This document shows, piece after piece, positions 1 through 13,589 of a stretch of DNA of 64,000 nt. The notes beneath the pieces were generated by a model that searched no databases, was not told where the DNA came from, and saw nothing but the letters and a program-made list of their open reading frames with translations. The stretch is taken from NCBI GenBank assembly GCA_964016885.1, contig OZ024740.1, positions 127,720,001-127,784,000 on the forward strand, read 5' to 3'. This DNA is from Eledone cirrhosa. Taxonomy: Eukaryota. How positions within the stretch are numbered: the first letter of the stretch is position 1; the number at the start of each line of letters is the position of its first letter. Both the position numbers and the translations under genes were made by a program.

Positions 1-510
1 TAGACAAATACGGTAACCACTTCTACTTACACAGAAAAAAACTGGAAGAGATATCTGGACGACCGCTTCATCCTCTGGCATGAAAGTATAGAAAGACTGA
101 TTGAGTTTAAAACACTTCTAAATGGACTCAACACAAACTTACAATTTACAATGGAATACAGCCATGAACAACTCCCTTTCCTTGACATCCTCATCTAGAA
201 AACAAACAACAAAATAGAAACAGACATATACTACAAACCCACAGACTCCAAACAATGTCTTCCATTTAACTCGTGCCACCCTCGTCATACCAAAATGGCA
301 ATTCCTTATAACCTAGCCAGAATCTGCACAATAGTTTCAGATAAATACACATGCTACACACGACTAGAAGAATTAAAGAACACACTTATCAGCAGAAACT
401 ACCACCATCCCTAATCAACAATGGATTCCAACGTGCTCTAAAACTCAACATCCAGGAACTCAGACACCCCAAACCCAGGAATGAACCGAAACAGAAAACT
501 CTACCATACG
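1..510 (+). mobile_element. Penelope-like element RT fragment (same family as 33136-34682), frameshifted, runs off window start
   Basis: Translates to WKRYLDD..ILWHE, FTMEYSHEQLPFLDIL, TDIYYKPTDSKQ, SCHPRH, NGFQRALKL; closely similar to ORF 33527-34327. Confidence 0.85.
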
Positions 511-544
511 ATAAGGTCAGTCCATCGTCGCGTTATATTCACAC

Positions 545-2285
545 TTACACCACCGTCCATGATTAAGACAGGGAAATCCTCGCTCACTGCCGGAAAACCC
601 TCCTCTTCACAACGGAGTAGCCTGGGCAAAGAAGTCAACAACTTCAGACCTGTTCGACGTCTCCATGGGATCGTTTGACAGTGCTGACGTTTGCGACTTG
701 GTTGGCGTATTTATTTTAGACTTATTACGTGTTAGATTCCCGGACTTCCACACGGGAATATACCGCGACGATGGACTGATATTATCGAGCCATAAAAGTG
801 GAAACGACCTCGACCGGTTTAAAAAAGACTTAGCTTCTACCTTCAATGAATTATGACTTAGGATAACAGTAGCTAACAACCTCTCTAGCGTAGATTTCTT
901 AGACATTAATTTAGACATTCGCACACACACACCTACCGACACTTCCATAAGCTAAACGAAAAACTCAATTACATTCACAAGGAAACATGCCACCCTCCTA
1001 CTGTTTTCAGAAACTTGGTAAATAATATCAGTACTAGAATCTCAAACCTCTCCTCTAATAAGGCTATCTTTGACAGAGCGGCACCCTACTATACCAGGGC
1101 GTTAGCTAACAGCGGCTTCTCGCAACCTATCAGTTCCTCTCCCACTAACAACAACAGCAACAAGAAAATAAAGTGTAACAATAGACAAACTATCTGGTTC
1201 TCTCCTCCCTTCTCACTTAGGTCAAATCTGCTTTGTCTTTGTTCGATATTTAAATTCTTAAGTATATTTTTCACGTTTATTGATAATATTTCAAAAGAAA
1301 CTAATTCAATGTGATATGGTATGACAAAGCAAAATGTCTGGATATAGCGAGCTAACATTTATACAATATTACTCTACTCACCAACATATAAATATCACTG
1401 AAAATAAGCATAATCCTATTTTAATGTTTCAAGTGAAACAGAACTATGCTTGAAAATACATTAAATTCTACCAATAAGAATATAATTACCATTCCTCCCT
1501 TAACTGTTCCTTTTGTAGTACAAAGACTAAAGATGATTTAAGTAGTAATTACAGACGGATGAAATATTGTGCAAGGTACACAGAAAAAAACTGTAGTAGA
1601 GTTCTCTCTAAATCCTAACAGAAAGAGATGCTAGGCAGGGTCAGGCTTTCACCTCCTGAGATCCTTCTCTAAAACAATTTTTAAATAATTGTTTCTACGT
1701 TAGGTCAAATCCTATGTGCGTATGGCGGAGGGCCGATTTAAGGAATGCTTCCTGAATCACCAGTCGACCTTTAGGTACCCGGACAGACGTTCATCCACGA
1801 AACTCGCGAGCCACTTATGGTCCCTCAATAATTCAAGTACCGACTTCTCCATTCAATGGAAAGCCATCAATAAGTCCAAGCCATACGCAAGGGCCAATCC
1901 GTCGTGTGGACTATGTATTGATGATCGAATAAATATTCTAAAGAGATTACGCAATAGCGATTGCTTAAAATTGAGTATTGAATTATTCACACGTTGTCCA
2001 ACGTCTGGAAACACCTCTTACATAACTACAAAGCTCCGGAGCGAATCCTAATTTTCTTATCAACTACAAGCTTTCGGACTTTTGCAGTTATCTCCCTTAC
2101 ACCTCTCTCACGCATCAGTATTGCCTGGGTGAAGTGATTGTTTCTGCGCATGCGCGTTCGTACGATTTTCCTTCCTGTTCCGTATAACCATGTCCATTAC
2201 GAACTGAGGATCTGCTAAGGTGAAACAATTGTTCTCGGTATGGTGAACAAAGTGTTGTGTAACCACTTCTACCTAACCCAGTTTT
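545..2285 (+). mobile_element. Penelope-like element (C-terminal GIY-YIG type), decayed: RT, AT-rich interruption ~1229-1699, endonuclease C-terminus, 3' pseudo-LTR
   Basis: MGSFDSADVCDLVG / GIYRDDGL / VDFLDINL RT motifs (665-920), IWFSPPFS (~1190-1215); ORF 1716-2051 RF..H..TF..TKLASHLW..W..I..Y..CGLC..C typical of PLE GIY-YIG; hammerhead in tail. Confidence 0.85.
2194..2243 (+). ncRNA. Minimal type I hammerhead ribozyme in PLE pseudo-LTR
   Basis: CCATTACGAA-CTGAGGA-TCTGCTAAGGT-GAAA-CAATTG-TT-CTCGGTATGG: CUGANGA and GAAA core, palindromic stem III (CAAUUG), flanks pair as stem I. Confidence 0.7.
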
Positions 2286-2525
2286 GGGTCTCCCTATATA
2301 TATATATAGGAAAATATTCAAGACCCCGACGGCAGAGCTCAAGCCGTTTCGACAGCTATTTATAGACTTATAATAATAATAATGAAATTATTGTGTAAAG
2401 TGCTCAGGTGCACTACAACTCGTCAAAGGTGCATGTATAGTACAGAGAATAATACACAAATGTCAGGGAAGTGAATAGTGTATGAGTCATGATATACATA
2501 TGTGTATGTGTATGGAGGGGGAACA

Positions 2526-4030
2526 TTAGGTGTAGTGTTGGCGAATCTCAGGGAGCATAGAGGTTTTAAAGGATGCAGTGTCTCGACAGCTAACAACTGA
2601 TGCAGGTAGTTTGTTCCATGCTTCAGCAACTCTGAGCGTGAAAAAATGTTTCCGAAAGTCATGGTAACTGTGCTGTGTTCTGACATTGTGGGCATGCCCA
2701 CGTGTGTTAGACACAAGGAAATCAAAAAGGTACTCAGGGTTGTTGTTGGCGGGATGGTTAATAACCTTGTGGGTGTTTACCAAGTCAGTTGCCAGGCGTC
2801 GGAGCTTCAATGTATCCAAGCCCAGGGAAGCAAGGCGTACAGAGTATGGTAGATGCCTGATGGACGGTATTCGCTTGGTTGCACGTCTCTGAAAAGCTTC
2901 CAGGTGATCAATGTTCTGAGCAAGATAGGGGTTCCAGACAGGTGATGCAAATTCTAAGTGTGGCCGCATCATAGCCATGTACAGTCTTAAATAAATAGCT
3001 GGAAGGCGGCTGACAAAGGTCTTGCTGAGTGGTGCTAAGACACCCTCGGCCCTCTTGACAATTTTAGAGATGTGCTTCGTCCAAGGCAAATCGCTGCTGA
3101 CCCCAATGCTCAGGTCACGTTCACAAGAAGACTTCTTGATATTAGTGCTGTGGATGGTGTATGTGGACGTTGGGTTTTTACCCCCAAAATTCATGGTGGT
3201 GCACTTGTCCACAGCTAGCTTGAGTAGCCAGTCTGAGATCCATTGTTGTATTGTGTCCAGGTCAGACTGCAAGCAAGATCCATAGTGTTCAGGATCTGTC
3301 CTTTTTATCTCACGGTACAGATTGATGTCATCTGCGTACTTTAGTACTGTGGCATTCTTTAAGTTGGCATCTATGTCATTAATATATGCCACAAACAAAA
3401 GGGGGCCAAGAACAGATCCCTGTGGTAGATCAGATGACATCTCATATGGTGAGGAAAGCTCTCCCAGAACCGTGACTACCTGTCTTTGACTGAGAATGAA
3501 GGACTTCAACCAGTTAAAAAGATCATCCTTCACACCCATTGCAGAGAGTTTTGCCATAAACCTCTTGTTTGGCACAGAATTGAAAGCTTTCGCAAAGTCA
3601 ATGTAAACAACATCCACCCATGAGCCGCCATCAGTGACCCGGGTGATGTCTTCAACAACCTCGATAAGTTGATCACAGCAGCTGAAGTTGGGGATAAATC
3701 CAAATTGCGAGGGCCGGATAAGACTGTAAGAGTTCCAGAAGTTTCAAAGTGTTTCCCTAACACGGGATTCCATCAGTTTGGCAATGCAACTAGTAAGACT
3801 GACTGGACTATAGTTCACAGGTGATGCGCTGTCAGCCTTTTTGAACAGAGGAATTGCACTGGCAGTTTTCCACTGTTCTGGTGTAGCACCGTTGTTCAGC
3901 CAGAATTGGAAGAAGCGTGATAGCTGGTGCAGAAGGAAGTACCGACCACGTTTAAGAAGTAGGTACGTAACACCACCAAGACCAGAAGAGGCATGGTTGC
4001 GTTTATTTTTTAGGTGACGTCGCAGCATTG
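2526..4030 (-). pseudogene. CR1 ORF2 reverse transcriptase (disrupted)
   Basis: ORFs 3744-4028 (WKTASAIPLFKK..NYSPVSLTSCIAKLME) and 2526-3617 (RT core). Confidence 0.9.
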
Positions 4031-4574
4031 TAGGTGTAAATTACATGGTTGTAGTAGAGTCCGGTGTCATAGGTGGTGAAGATGGTACACTCTGGTCTTC
4101 AATAGTGAAAATGCCTATATAGCATTCAGCAATGAGCTCTGCGCATTCCTTGGCGTCGTCAGTAACCTGGCTTGTGTGCGGATTGAGAAGAGGACCAACT
4201 GGAGAGTGAGGCCACTGCTTTGAGTGAACATACTGCCAAAACACCTTACTGTCAGGGTTGGTTGCTATGCGCTGCTCAAATTGAAGCACTGCCTTTTTTG
4301 TCACCTGTTTGAGGAGGTTGGACGATTTATTTCGCCTCTTCCTATTGATGTCTGATTTGTGCAGTTTGTATTCACGTTCAGCATTGCGACGTTCTTTTCT
4401 GGAAAGACGGACTGCTGCAGTCTCCAAAATTGCACTTTTGGGATATTTTTTTCGCTTACGTGACACTGATGCTGCACATGCTGTCAATATTGAGCTCAGG
4501 ATATTCAGGAATACAGTGTTGACATCTCCAGAGTCGTAGAACTCAAGCCAGTTTGGGCGTTGCAGCTCGGTGCA

Positions 4575-5290
4575 TTAACAGTTCCAGTCTGCTGTATTCC
4601 AGTCAAAGTGAGCAGTTTGGAGATGGTTGTGGTTCTTGTTACTGCCCATGATGGATGGATTGGCAATGATCATAGCATGATCAGAGTCACCTAAAGGTTC
4701 CTCAGCAGTAACACTAATGGCCGTTTTAGGAGTAGTGGTGAAGAGTAGGTCCAAAGTGTTGTCACCTCTTGTTGGGGAGGTGACTACTTGGGACCAATTT
4801 GAGTCCAGCACTAGCTCAAGGAAGTCATTTGCACTTGGCGGCCTACGAAAGGTTTCCCAGTCAATCTCAGGGTGATTGAAATCTCCTGCAATAAAAACAT
4901 AAGTGGCTGTTTTCCTGGCAGCAGCTCTGAGGATATCACAAAGTTGAGTGTTCTGATGGTAATTTGGAGGACGGTAAACGACTCCAAATAGCAGTGTTGA
5001 CATGATCATACGTATATCGCCGAAAATAACTTCCTGCTGTGATTGGTTCAAATCAACACAAGCAATTGCCGACACATTTGACCGAACGTAGAGAATTACA
5101 CCACCACCACGACGATTAATGCGATCTTTACGAAACAGGTTGTAGCCAGTTATGCTGAAAACCCCATCACAGAGTAAGGGATGTGCCCAAGTTTCCGTGA
5201 CTGTAATGAAGTCATGGTTGATACTTTTGACGTAGGAGTCAAAAAGATGAATCTTATTGCATAGAATATGTGCATTCAAGGGCAACAATT
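4575..5290 (-). pseudogene. CR1 ORF2 apurinic-like endonuclease domain
   Basis: LNAH..ETW..GGGV..YRPP..GDFN..TLDLL..SDH within ORF 4575-5453. Confidence 0.88.
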
Positions 5291-5439
5291 TATACCTTGA
5301 TTCCAGTATATTATTATGCGCAGAGGATGGCAGGTTGTTCTGATTCTGTTTCCCAGAGTTTTTTCCGTTTTTATTGTCAGTTGTTGTGGGTACAGTGTTT
5401 TCAGACCAGCTGGTATATCTTTTCCACGTTTCACCAGCC

Positions 5440-6470
5440 AAACAAACTTCCATATCAGCCCATCATCACGTAGGCTGAAGTTTTCATGTTCTGCCGAGCT
5501 GCGGTTTAAGGAAGCTGCAGCACGCAACTTTGGGCGGACATCAGGTGGAAGACCAGGGCGTGTTCGGAAAGCAATCCGACTTTTACGCCTGGCTTTAGCA
5601 GAGGCTACAAGGTATGAACGTGCCTCAGTTGAGTTCGAAAAAGACAGTCTAATTAGCCTGGGTTTCGGACCTGGTCGGCCAAGGAGTAGAGCACCCTTCG
5701 CGGGGGCACAACCCAAGTCTTTGGATGAAATGGAAGCAAATGCCTGAATATCAACAATGTCTTCTGGTACACCAATGGCAATCACTTCGTGGTTTGCAGA
5801 TTCAGTGGCATTCTCAATGCGTCTAGGTTCAACATGAGGTACGCGGAGATTTATTAACAAGGCACTACGGTAAGATCCCTCATTATGAGGTTCTACACGA
5901 ACACTTGATTTTATTCCTGCTATTTCTCGGCTTAAAGCTGAAACCATTTGCCGTATTTCCTCAAACTCCGTATTGACGGTCGATTTGTGTTGTTGTTCTT
6001 CTTCAACAGGCATGGTATGAGAAGAAACAGTTGTCGGTTGTTGTTGTTGAAAATTAACGGGGAAGGAAGACATGGGTTGTTGTTGTTGATGAAGTCCTTC
6101 AATGGGGGTAGTAGCGGAAGCTACGGTCGTTGGTTTTTGCTATTGTTCACGAACAATGGTAGAGGAAGACACGATCTTCGGTATTTGTTGTTGTTATTCA
6201 GGAAGAATGGTAGAGGAAGACACGATCTTCAGTTTTTGTTGTTGTTCAGCAGCAATGGTAGAGGGAGACATACAGTCCAAGCACTGAAAGGACCAATTTG
6301 TTAGCTGGACCATCTCCCAGAGTCCATCCATCAAAGCAATATGATGTTTTTTGTTTTGGCCTGGGATTTTCCGGAAGCCTGCGGCGCATTCAAGGCAGAC
6401 GGAGAAGTGATAGGTTCCAGATTCTACCCAACGATTACGGAACGAGTTTTCGGCAGGTGTGATTGTCTGG
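5440..6470 (-). pseudogene. CR1 ORF1 (coiled-coil plus RRM-like region) with Q-rich N-terminal repeats
   Basis: ORF 5276-6073: EFEEIRQMVSALSREIAGIK, VIAIGVPE, LGRPGPKPRLIRLSF; lies upstream of APE. Confidence 0.65.
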
Positions 6471-7400
6471 GCAATGTTCTATTTTGGAACATCGACCAGT
6501 TTAGTCGCATACTTCATCCATGGATATCACCATGGCAATTTTGATATTTCTGCCCATCCGTAGAAAAACACAGAATGTAAACAATATAGGTTTAGCGCAC
6601 TTGATTACGATAAAAATAAAGTGTTTGTTTTTTTGTTTTGTTTTTTGTGTGTTTTTTATTCCGTTTTCCAGTGTGTGTGTGTGTACAAAAGAGTCTGCGC
6701 ATGTAAACAAATAAATATGCTGCATAATTTAACGAGATAAATGTCTGTTTATGTTTTGTTTTTTTTATTTCTGTTTCTGTTTTCCTATGCGTGTGTGTAT
6801 ACAAAAAGATCTGCACACGAATATATAATTATATATATATATAATCAAAATGTGTATGTGAGTTAGAAGCGAAGTCAATGTTCAGAAATATTTTACAAAT
6901 GTACGTAAGATTGGCCGGTATAGTGTCTCACACGAAATAGTGTGGTTTTTTTCACTTGTGTGTATATGCGTGTGGTATGTATCTGTATATAAATATGTGT
7001 GTATATTGTTGTTTATAGGTTTTGTGAAGTACTTACTGCGATCCCGAAGGGATGTAGTGATTTTTTTCCCCCGTACATGTCCACACGTGGTTTGTTGGCG
7101 AAAATTAAATCAAATCAAATATGCTTCGTTAAAATAATTCTATGTTGAAGCTGGTAATAGTTGTCAGGGGCAGTCAAAATAGTTGTAGTAATGAACCGAC
7201 ATCCAGAGTTCACATTGCACTCAGTTCTCCTGTAGGAGCCCCTACATGGACACACTAGAAGCAAAAGACCAAGGTTAACGTATGTTGGTGCCCTGAGGAC
7301 AGACATTGGTCTGAGGAGACGCAGGACGTGGCAGCGATAATGGGGGACAGAGACCGCTGGAAAGAACTCGTCCATGGATCTCGGGAATTTTACCCGCCGT

Positions 7401-8118
<718 letters not shown>

Positions 8119-8454
8119 GAAAAAGTGAGTCCTTCATCAGTGACCCTCCAACCGTCCTCGGCATTTCATCGCTTTAAGGGCCATATGCCTCAGGTTGGTG
8201 CGAACAACGGCTAAAAAAAGTCGTTGGGACACGTAAAGAAAGGGGGACGCTAGAGTAACAACAAAAAAGTTTAAGCAACGGAAAGTGAGTAGAAATAGAC
8301 AAGTCCCAGATCTCTATGAATATAAACTCTGTGAAATCGTGAACAAGAGACGAAAGACCATCAAACCTGGTTGAAATGTGAGCAAGGAAAGAATTTCGCC
8401 CAAGTTTGACGGGGGGGAAAAAGAGAGAGAGAGAGAGAGAGAAAGGAGAGAAGA

Positions 8455-8504
8455 GGAAGAAGAAGAAGAAGAAGAAGAAGAAGAAGAAGAAGAAGAAGAA
8501 GAAG
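8455..8504. repeat. (GAA)n microsatellite
   Basis: Direct inspection. Confidence 0.95.
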
Positions 8505-8705
8505 ATAAAGGGGTCTGGTCTACGAATTCGGTAAACGCAAGTTTTGTGAAGTCGCAGACGAAAGAGAGAGAGAAAAAAATTCCATACCAGCTCGGTCAAG
8601 ACCGCGCGAGAAAATAATTTAACACAGGTCAAACTTGAAGGAGGTGGAGGAAAGAGGAGGAGGAGAGGCAGTGACAGAGAATGAGTGAGTGAAAGTTGAG
8701 GAGAA

Positions 8706-8960
<255 letters not shown>

Positions 8961-9042
8961 ATAATAATAAAATTGAAGACTAAAATCCAAAGAGGGCTGG
9001 ATAAGGAAAATATATATCAAATATATAAGAACCGAAGAGCAA

Positions 9043-10174
9043 ATATTTATTAATATAACAGATTAAAGTTTAAGCAAAGAATCGCTGCTTTCACCCTTAA
9101 CGGGATCTTCTGAAACTAACAAAGTCAATCTGTAAACGCAGAACTGGATGTTTCAAAAAACGTTGCAACCGGAGGAAGACAGGAAGACGATACTTTGGTT
9201 CGTGGTAACGTTCGCTGGCAAAGAACGGGAAAAAACGAATAATACGTCATTAATAGGAGCGGCGAAAAACAATTACGCGCAAAGACAGAACCACGTTTAT
9301 GGTATAAAAGAGGTCGTAGACTAATGTTCTCTTAGGTGGTGCATAGAGACGTTCTCTGGCAATGAACGAAAAAACGAAGATAATAAGTCATATGTGGAGC
9401 GTGGAGAACAATAGCACGCAAAGACAAAACCACGTAAATGGTATAGCGGAAGTTGTAGACTAAAATTCTAACTAGGAGACCGGATGAATCTCCGCTACAG
9501 AGTTAAGAACAAAGTAAATAAATACAATACAGAAGTAATAGAAACAAATAAATACATACACGCAAACAGATACGTATATACACAAGCATACGCAAAACCT
9601 TACCATAGGTATACAAAACCACGCACATATAAATATGTGTATGTGTGTATGCTTGTGTACAAATAAATAAATAATTATATAAACGTATATAAGTAAATAA
9701 ATACGTATATGACAAGCGCACACACATACCTACAAATAAATACACGAAAGTTCGGAGACGTAAGTCAACTAAAACAAGAAGTACACATATACACACACCC
9801 CCCATACGTACGAACCTGCATACTCACGCAGACGCAAAACTCCCATATACACATAACCAATCCCTAAATACCAGAATATGTAAAAATTGTACGACATAAC
9901 AATCAAATATAAGTACGAGAAGGTATACATACCTTCACAAAACATACGGGTAATATATACTGACCTATGCAAATAAGTAAAGGAATAAACAAGACATATA
10001 CTTAGCTCCCACATCGAGACGTAAAATATCCACGTATAGATCGTGCTATCCGTTAGGGTATAACGTGGGGCTGTAATACAGGAAAGTTTTGTGCAATTTA
10101 TGTTTACAAGCCGAAAAGATCCCGTTAAGGGTGAAAGCAGCGATTCTTTGTTTAAACTTTAATCTGTTATATTA

Positions 10175-10180
<6 letters not shown>
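9043..10180 (+). mobile_element. Non-coding element bounded by ~65-bp inverted repeats (9043-9109 / 10116-10180); probable PLE tail derivative
   Basis: ATATTTATTAATATAACAGATTAAAG...CACCCTTAACGGGATCTT reappears reverse-complemented at the right end; internal ~140-bp tandem duplication (~9210-9470); ends at (TA)n. Confidence 0.6.
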
Positions 10181-10245
<65 letters not shown>

Positions 10246-11107
10246 CAAACTTATATATACATACACTATATATATATACTGACTATATTCCTTTGAAAGA
10301 ACCTTCTATATTAGAATTCAGTCCTTTCAATCCTGGTAACGAAATACGAAAAAAGAAAACATGGAATATGAACATACTTACTTGTATCTCTGCATGCAGA
10401 GATACGCTACTATATGAGAGAAAATAACTAGTGAGCGTGAGAAGGAATACAAACCAATATTTCTCTGAAAGTTGCTCTCTCCTTCTTTCTCACGCTCTCC
10501 CTCTCACTGTTTTTTTGGTATTTACATTCATTATTTCTAATATATAGAGAGAGATATAGATATATATACACGTCATGAATGAAAACGTAACGCGAACAGG
10601 AAAACTAATAAGTATTAATGACACATCCTCTTAGATTGGATACAGATTCTTTGTAAAAGATAAGAAAACTTAACAAAATGATCTGGTTAAATGGAATAGA
10701 ATGATAAATTGCCTTCGTGTTCATATTTCCATTTCCGAGAAGAATATTTTATACACCGGATATGTAAGTTGTATTCCCAAAGAGGAAATTAAGACAAAAA
10801 ATGATTATGTGTGTGTGTGTGTGTGCATGTGTGTGTGTGTGTATGAGGGTGTGGGTGTGCGTGTTTGTGTGTGTGTGTGTGTGCGTCTGTGATTATGTAT
10901 GTGTGTATATATACGTATTTCTATCATGCTACTTCGATTCTCATTGTACCTGTTCTTTGTAATATGTCACTAAGACTATTCTGAATAACCAAGAAATGAA
11001 GAATGTACTGACAAGCCGATTATTAAATGTATATGTGTATGTGTGTATGTGTTTGTATGTTTGCATGTGTGCGTGCATGTGTGCGTGCATGTGTGCGTGT
11101 GTGTTTG

Positions 11108-11164
<57 letters not shown>

Positions 11165-11165
<1 letters not shown>

Positions 11166-12819
11166 GGAGGTGAGTTTTATTGTAGCACAATAAAGCAATG
11201 CAAATATCGGATAAGTAGCACTGTACAGTTTGTAGGACTAGAGTATAAATAATATCAGATCAAAAGATGGTTAAAAGAGTTCCAAGTGTTTTATTATGAT
11301 GCGCATTTCAAAAACAAATATCATCATGGGATGATATATGCGTTCTCATCAGATAAAATAGGGATAGACGATATGAAGTTTAAAAAGCACTTGTGAATAG
11401 TGAAGTTTTAAATCAATATATGAAAAATAATTTAAGATTGATGTATGAGATTGGGAAAAAGTGAGGGGGGATTGGAAAAGGTAAGGAGGAGGAGGAGATG
11501 AGAGTAAAGTATGGTGGGGGAGGAGTATAAGAACGAAGGGTGAGAGAGGAGGAGAGATGTGTGATAGAGAGAGTGAGATAGCCTTTACAACTGAGAAAAA
11601 AATATATATTGCCTCACAGAGAGAAATTAAAAAGCCGTTGGAAGATAATAGATAATTTAAAAGAATTTGAAATTAAAAGTTAATGAGGTTTATGCATGAA
11701 GAGAAAAAGGAATTAAGAATAATATTAAATTAAGGTTTGTATATTGAAGGATTTAATAATATGTGCGAGGAAATGACATTATTAATATGTATTATTAAAA
11801 TAGAAATATTAATCTTATTAAGGATATAATGTGAAAAGAAGGAGAAGAATGAATGAGTTATGAATTTAGAGGAATTAGTTATGGTTTAAGTTTGTTTTTA
11901 TGTAATGTAATATTTGTACGTAAATAGTTTGTTTAAAATGAGCGCGGAAGGAAAGAAGAAAAGAATGTTTAAGGGGGAAAATATCTAACATCCAAAAATA
12001 TATATGTTTACGAAATATTTTCTAATGGTAATAATATAATATATTAAAAGAAAGTTAGGGTTTAAGTTTGTGTTTATGTATTGTAATATGAAAAAGTCAA
12101 GCGAGCATGAAAAGAAGGATGAGATAAGAGAAATTTAAAACGTCAAAAAAATTAATGTTTACGGACTACTAAAGGTAATACTATAATGTATTAAAAAAAA
12201 ATTTTTTTTTATGGCCAATGATATGATGAAAGATCGAAGAATGAATAGTGTTGTGGTGAGTAATAATAAGAATTGAGAAGTAGTTAGGAAGAAAAGGTAC
12301 AAATTAAGGTTAGAAATTAAAAAGAAAAGAGGAAGAAAGGAAAATGATATAGAATGGGTAAATTGTATTATATAATATATAATAAATAATATTGAAATAA
12401 GGTAGAAAGATGGGTATATTTTTAAAAGATATATAAGCCTTTGAGAAAAAGGATTTTAAACTAGTAAGGAATTAGATATTAGCTGTATACTTTATGGAAT
12501 GTTCTGTGGAATTTATGCAAGCAGAGAGAAAATAAATTCGTGCGTCTATTTATTATAGAATTGAAATTAGATATAATGGTAAATTTCTTAGCTAGGCAAA
12601 GATTACATGTTCTGGATAGGGAGGCATTCTAGTAATGAGAGGCAGAACAAACTTTTCTCCAAGAGATGTTATAGTTAATACTTTTTGTCTTTCAAGGACC
12701 ATATGCGTTCCGAGAGTGCTGTATTAGTTCTTTTGAGTTGGTATTTAAAAGAGGAAAGGCTTATATATCTTTTAAAAATAAACCTATCTTTCTACCTTAT
12801 TTCAATATTATTTATTATA
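11165..12819 (-). mobile_element. 5'-truncated PLE: GIY-YIG C-terminal remnant (~12490-12725), long AT-rich tail, hammerhead, short inverted copy at 5' end
   Basis: Minus strand reads TALSERIWSLKDK..YNISWRKV..Y..CNLCLAKK..INRRTNLFSLCLH; inverted repeat 12378-12442 / 12755-12819; hammerhead 11291-11360; terminates near (TA)n at 11110-11162. Confidence 0.7.
11291..11360 (-). ncRNA. Type I hammerhead ribozyme with canonical core
   Basis: Minus strand: TATTTTAT-CTGATGA-GAACGCAT-ATATCATC-CCAT-GATGATAT-TTGTTTTT-GAAA-TGCGCA-TC-ATAATAA; 8-bp perfect helix in stem II, palindromic stem III, AUC cleavage triplet. Confidence 0.8.
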
Positions 12820-13589
12820 GATCTAAATTCCTTGTGTTTTAAATAAGATTGGTATTTCTCACTAATACCGTTACCCTAAAATGTTACTCTCCTTCGTTTT
12901 TAACATTTTTCTTTAATAACATCAAATTTTCGTGTACCATTCACCGGCTTGACCTCTTTTCATCTCCAAATTATTATTTTCATTCAAAGTATTCTTTCCA
13001 TTCAAAACATAAGTCTGCATTCCTCTACCCCTAAATTAAATTTCTACTACTACTATTCTATCAACTTAACCTCTTACTACTTTTCTATTGGCCAATTCAT
13101 AACCTGTTCCCAAACAGACCTATTATATTAAATCTTTGTTGGGTTTTTTCAATAAACAAATCTCATTATTTCTGAAGACAGCGTATATATGTGAAGGTAT
13201 GTATATTTCTTCTGATAGTTTTAAATATTTTTTTACATAGATCTATATGATATACATAACAACGCACATATATATCCTAGAAACGATCGTAAAATGATGA
13301 ATTTTTTAATATAAGGAACTTGTTCTTTGTTTTTATTCATTGTTTTTATTAATTTATATATATATATATACATGTGCGCTTTGCAATAAATGACATTCAA
13401 TACAATAGTAAAAGTTTATGCGTATATTCTTTATTAAGGCTGAGCTGTAGTTTTTATTTTTATTTTGGAGTATCGACTGTGTATGTACTGCTTCGTCTTA
13501 TGCTATTGCAAGTACAATGAAGAATGTCCAGAACGACAAATTTGAAGATTGGCCGAAGTAATTTTAATAATAATAATAACATTCAAAAT

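Larger units (their letters stand above)
2372..6470 (-). mobile_element. CR1-clade LINE, near full length, frameshifted (ORF1, APE endonuclease, RT, 3' UTR ending in (ATT)n)
   Basis: APE: ITVTETW, GGGV, VYRPP, GDFNHP, PTRGDNTLDL, SDH; RT: YIDFAKAF, PQGSVLGPLLF, KYADD; C-terminal RPHLEFASPVWNP, TRGH, RVAEAWNKLP are CR1 hallmarks; 5' boundary approximate. Confidence 0.9.

Noticed and set aside
8119-8165. CTGATGAAGG on the minus strand, possible hammerhead
   Set aside because: Runs into the (TA)n tract with no GAAA/stem III/NUH on either side; at most a truncated relic.
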